The position numbers and the translations under genes are program-made. A DNA stretch of 64,000 nt from Bispira polyomma (taxonomy: Eukaryota), in NCBI GenBank assembly GCA_965649765.1, contig OZ287756.1, positions 992,001 through 1,056,000 of the forward strand. Direction: 5' to 3'. The notes under the pieces were generated by a model. It saw only the letters and a program-made list of their open reading frames with translations, did not search any database and had not been told where the DNA came from. Below are positions 60,191 to 64,000 of the stretch, piece by piece (the first letter of the stretch is position 1; every line of letters begins with the position of its first letter).

Positions 60191-63100
60191 AAGCATTGAA
60201 ATGTGAACTTTTTCTAGAGTGAGGTAGAATACACAATATCATCATATATGTTGGATCAATACTCGTATTATGTCACAACAGAACGGCTCCTGTCTGAGAT
60301 TTGTTTTCAAATTGTGTGACGTCACAATACAAGAATTGTTATATAGGTGTTTTATAGCAAAGTATTAACCCTTTATTGTAACCCTTTATTTGTTCGGACA
60401 TCTAAAAATGGTTAAAAGCCTTTGAGAATATTGCCCTAAAAACCTGAGGATTATTTATATCCTCACAAGCCTCACTCAGTTTTGTAAGTGTATCCACATC
60501 CATGATGTTTTGTTTTGAGATTGTCATGGGTCTATTTATTTTCAACACAATACCTGATCTTAGGATGCTCCAAGGTTTCAAATTGCAGATCATAAAACAC
60601 ACACATTGCCTTTATTGCCGACACGTGGTTATTGACCATGTGAACAGAAACACCATTTATGACTAAATTCTCCAAGTATGACATAATGTGATCAACTGTC
60701 AGATTTTTAAACTTAATCTTCACACATATACAGAAACCAATGAATGTTCTATACAACATGGCATAGCACTTTCTTGTTTTGGGTCTGAATGTTGTGTCCT
60801 CAGGCTGGCTTTTTGCTTTAGTCCCTGAAGTACCTTTGCATCTAAAACACAAAGTATAGTATCTAGTACCATTTGTTATTACTTATATTTCTACATCAAA
60901 CTCTGTCATTTCAATATTTGTACGTAGCCACACTGGCTTGTCAACCAACAAATGTAACTTAGTTAAATCTTGTCTTGAATTTTGCCATCTTGGAAACAAG
61001 TCTGCCACCCCATTGTCTTTGCCCAATATGTGCACATATTGGAGATCAATATCAGCCACAGCCTCTAAGTGCCAAATATTTCTTGCGCACGAAGCTAGGA
61101 AGGGATCTCTGGCTCTGCCAAACTTAAGTACATTTACCACTGCATGGTTATCACACTTGACTAATACCTTGACATCTTTTCAATAAGTTTGATACAATTT
61201 CAATGAGACTATTATGTTGGCCATCTGAAGGTGAACTATTGTCAAACTTTTAAAATTCAAAGGTATTGGTAAGTGGTATACAATGTTTCTCCATCTGACA
61301 CCTAATCCCACCAAGCACGCGACCAACTCCAATGTGTAATCTATTACCTTATGATCATACATTGACCTGCTATTGTATAGGGGCAAAAACTTTTGAAAAC
61401 ATCTTAAGTCCCTTCTGAACTCTTTAGTAAGTAACACTTTGTTTACATTTGTAATACCTCTAAGTACTTCCAGCATCCTGTTTAGAAACACCCTTTCCGG
61501 TTTCACACACTTGTGGAGGTACAGTAATTGACCAAGCAAAGACTGCAATTGCTTTTAGTGCAATGGGTCGTTGCTTGGGAGTCCTTGACTGTCTGTTTTA
61601 TCTGGTCTAATTTTGATTTTGGTATAGAAACTGTACCTTGAACAGTGTCCATTAATATACCTAGACATACAGCCTGAGTACAGGGAGTGACTGTTTTCTT
61701 TGTATTAATAGTCAGACCTAACCTTTCCATGACGTTATATAAGCAATCAAACTACTTTTTTGCAATGCTGGGCTTACCGTACCCAAGGACATTGTCTATG
61801 TAATTAATGACGCATGATGTGATGCACTGCATCACTTATTTTTTGGAAAAACTGGCTACCATGCCTACTCCCGAACGGCAAGCATGTGTCCAGATATGAA
61901 CCTTGCCAATTCAAGCCGAGTAAATCATAATCTATGAGATCAATTTTCAAATGCCGGAACGCCCGGCTGACTTCCAGCTTATATATGTGGGCTCCTTTGC
62001 CCGATTTTGTAAGTTCTTCTGTCAAGTCGTCTATAGTTGGGATGATGAGATTAAACTCAGCCCCCAGATAACTGTTTTTAATCAACTCCAGCATTGACTG
62101 ATTGGTTTTTCAGCCAGCTTAGGTCTATAATGACCTTTCTGTTATCCGAATCCAGTTTATTACATGTCATACAAGGTGAGGAGGGACAATTATCAATGGG
62201 ATTATTTAAAAATGGGCCAATTAGGGCTCCATGCTTACACTCTTCGTTATTAAACAAATCCACGTCTTTGTGATATTATGTTGGTGATTTATGATTATCT
62301 GTGTCCCAATGTAATTCACAACGTCTATTGAACCCTAGTGGGAAACCAAACTCTTTCAGTTGCAGCAGTTGTTCATCTCAATAACCATCAAGCATTGTTT
62401 TCCATCGACATTTAATTGCTTGTGAACTGGAACATGTGCCCCCATGAAATTAGATTAGCTATATTTCTTTTCCGCTTTATGCAACTCTATTGGGCACTAT
62501 ATGGGTGATTGTCCACCCTCAATTTCAGACAATAATGGTTCCGTCAAGGGCACAAAGCCAAATAAGAAATCTGACTGCTCACAGCAATGCGTAAAACTGT
62601 CACAGTCCAAAAATATTTGTTTAGAACCACCAATATTGGTGTTAAATAGAAGGGAATTCACAAATTTATTATCCCTATTTATGTCAAATAACTTCTGACA
62701 ATCATTATGGCATTGTGATTTCACTTCATTCTAAAGTCTCATTTCGAGTTCTACCTTATGTACATCGCCTTTAATTGCATTTTCATTTAAAGTGTCAGAT
62801 TTATCATCGCTCAATCGCATATCAGTTTTCTGCTTGACCTGATTTTTGTTGGGAGTGGTTTTCTTGCTCAAGTGACTTGTGCCCTTTTTCAGAATTCCTT
62901 TTGTATCACTCTTAGTGCTTTTGAATATCCTGTCAACTGTAGGAAACAAAACCTTTTTGACCTCCGTTCTGCCAGCATACTTAATTTGAACACCTTTCAC
63001 TGCATTAGCTTAAGTTTTTCTACTCATATCACAATCAATAGCCCTGAATACGCTCAACGAATTAGACAAAGGACGTGCAAATAGACTCTCAATTTCAGCT

Positions 63101-64000
63101 TGCCTACAACCAGCATTATACACATAACGACTTGTACGTTTTATCATATTCAGCTGAAAGACATTTTGATTTACAAATTCTTTAGTACTATTATGGCCCA
63201 CACTATAACCAGTAGCTTTTTCATCCACACTAAAATTTTTAAAAACATTGTTTTTCTAACTTTTTACACCTGGAGCACTACTGTAGCTGCCATCCTGGTG
63301 TACACGTGGGGAAAAGCTACCTATTCGTTTTCTGTCTGTGCCTTCTTGGCAAAGACACAGTCTTTTTCTGGGTGCCCTAATAATCTACCTAAGGCTACAC
63401 AGAACAAATATGCCTATGAAGTTTGCTATTGATTTCGTGGTCTTTCTGATGTTGGCAAGTGCCATTCTGAAAAAATTTACAGAACCAATGTTTCTTTGGA
63501 ATTTGGCTATCATCACTTTTAACCCAACTTTACCATTACCCCCATTACTATAAGTACTGGAATGTTTCTGGGCATGTGCCTGCCTAATCCTATCAATTCT
63601 GTTAGTATCATGCCAATCAAGGGTCCCTCTCCATTTTACACAATAATACCACGTGTGCTGCCCTAGCCCCTTACCAGTTAAAATCAGTGGCATCCTCCAT
63701 GAGGTCTGATAAGTAACTCGTCATTTTTTCTCTCTTTTTCTCATCTTTTTCATCTAACATATTCCTACTAAAACCTTGCACCCATTGGGACATGGACAGT
63801 TGATCATATGAAAGACGTGTTCTGGTGTTACCACCCAAAATAGACTCATGAGGCCAAGCTACCTTGTGTTTCACAACTACATCTACAGCACCCCCGCGTT
63901 TAGATTTAATTTTACTTAAACATTTTATACCTGAATTATGACTGCATTGCTGTAGTTCTCTGACCCTAGTATCTATTTTCTGCTGAATGCTAGCAGAACT
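60190..64000 (-). mobile_element. DIRS-type tyrosine-recombinase retrotransposon, decayed, continuing beyond the window
   Basis: gag-like ORF (WPHESI...LSYDQLSMSQWVQGF and a Cys/His finger near 63480-63360); RT (IIDLSW..NQSVN, SRAFRH, CLPFGSRHGS, NYIDN for YIDD); RNase H (LQSLLGQL, CDNHAVV, N.VAD); N-terminal part of the recombinase ORF at 60852..60402. Confidence 0.9.

Noticed and set aside
62731-63228. Lys-rich ORFs as a separate gene
   Set aside because: They lie between DIRS gag and RT on the same strand and are most simply the decayed N-terminal extension of the RT ORF.

Overview
AT-rich, intron-rich animal genomic DNA (lophotrochozoan, probably mollusc; inferred from the gene and transposon families). 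Three host genes can be read by hand. (1) The first coding exon of an ammonium transporter (Amt, - strand, 29339..29138); no further Amt exons were found in the window. (2) A complete 7-exon Na+/K+-ATPase beta subunit (+, 32682..37871, 320 aa). (3) Eight exons of a divergent non-alpha nicotinic-receptor-like Cys-loop subunit (-, 57526..41246); the signal-peptide exon was not found. Four retroelements dominate the rest: a 5.84-kb LTR element (8041..13884, -) with LTRs, tRNA-Leu PBS, PPT and a 4-bp TSD but no gag/pol, carrying two unrecognised cargo ORFs; a ~11-kb decayed Ty3/Gypsy element (+) with gag, a -1 frameshift signal, pol ending in a chromodomain, and a spliced F-type env with an extra C-terminal membrane module; an L2/CR1-group LINE 3' fragment; and a decayed DIRS-type element. 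tRNA-derived SINEs and MITEs are scattered throughout. A recurring pattern is tandem arrays built from the host genes' own exon-intron junctions. The best candidates for something undescribed are the cargo-carrying non-autonomous LTR element, the chromodomain+env Gypsy, and the splice-junction arrays. All calls are by eye; no database search was run.
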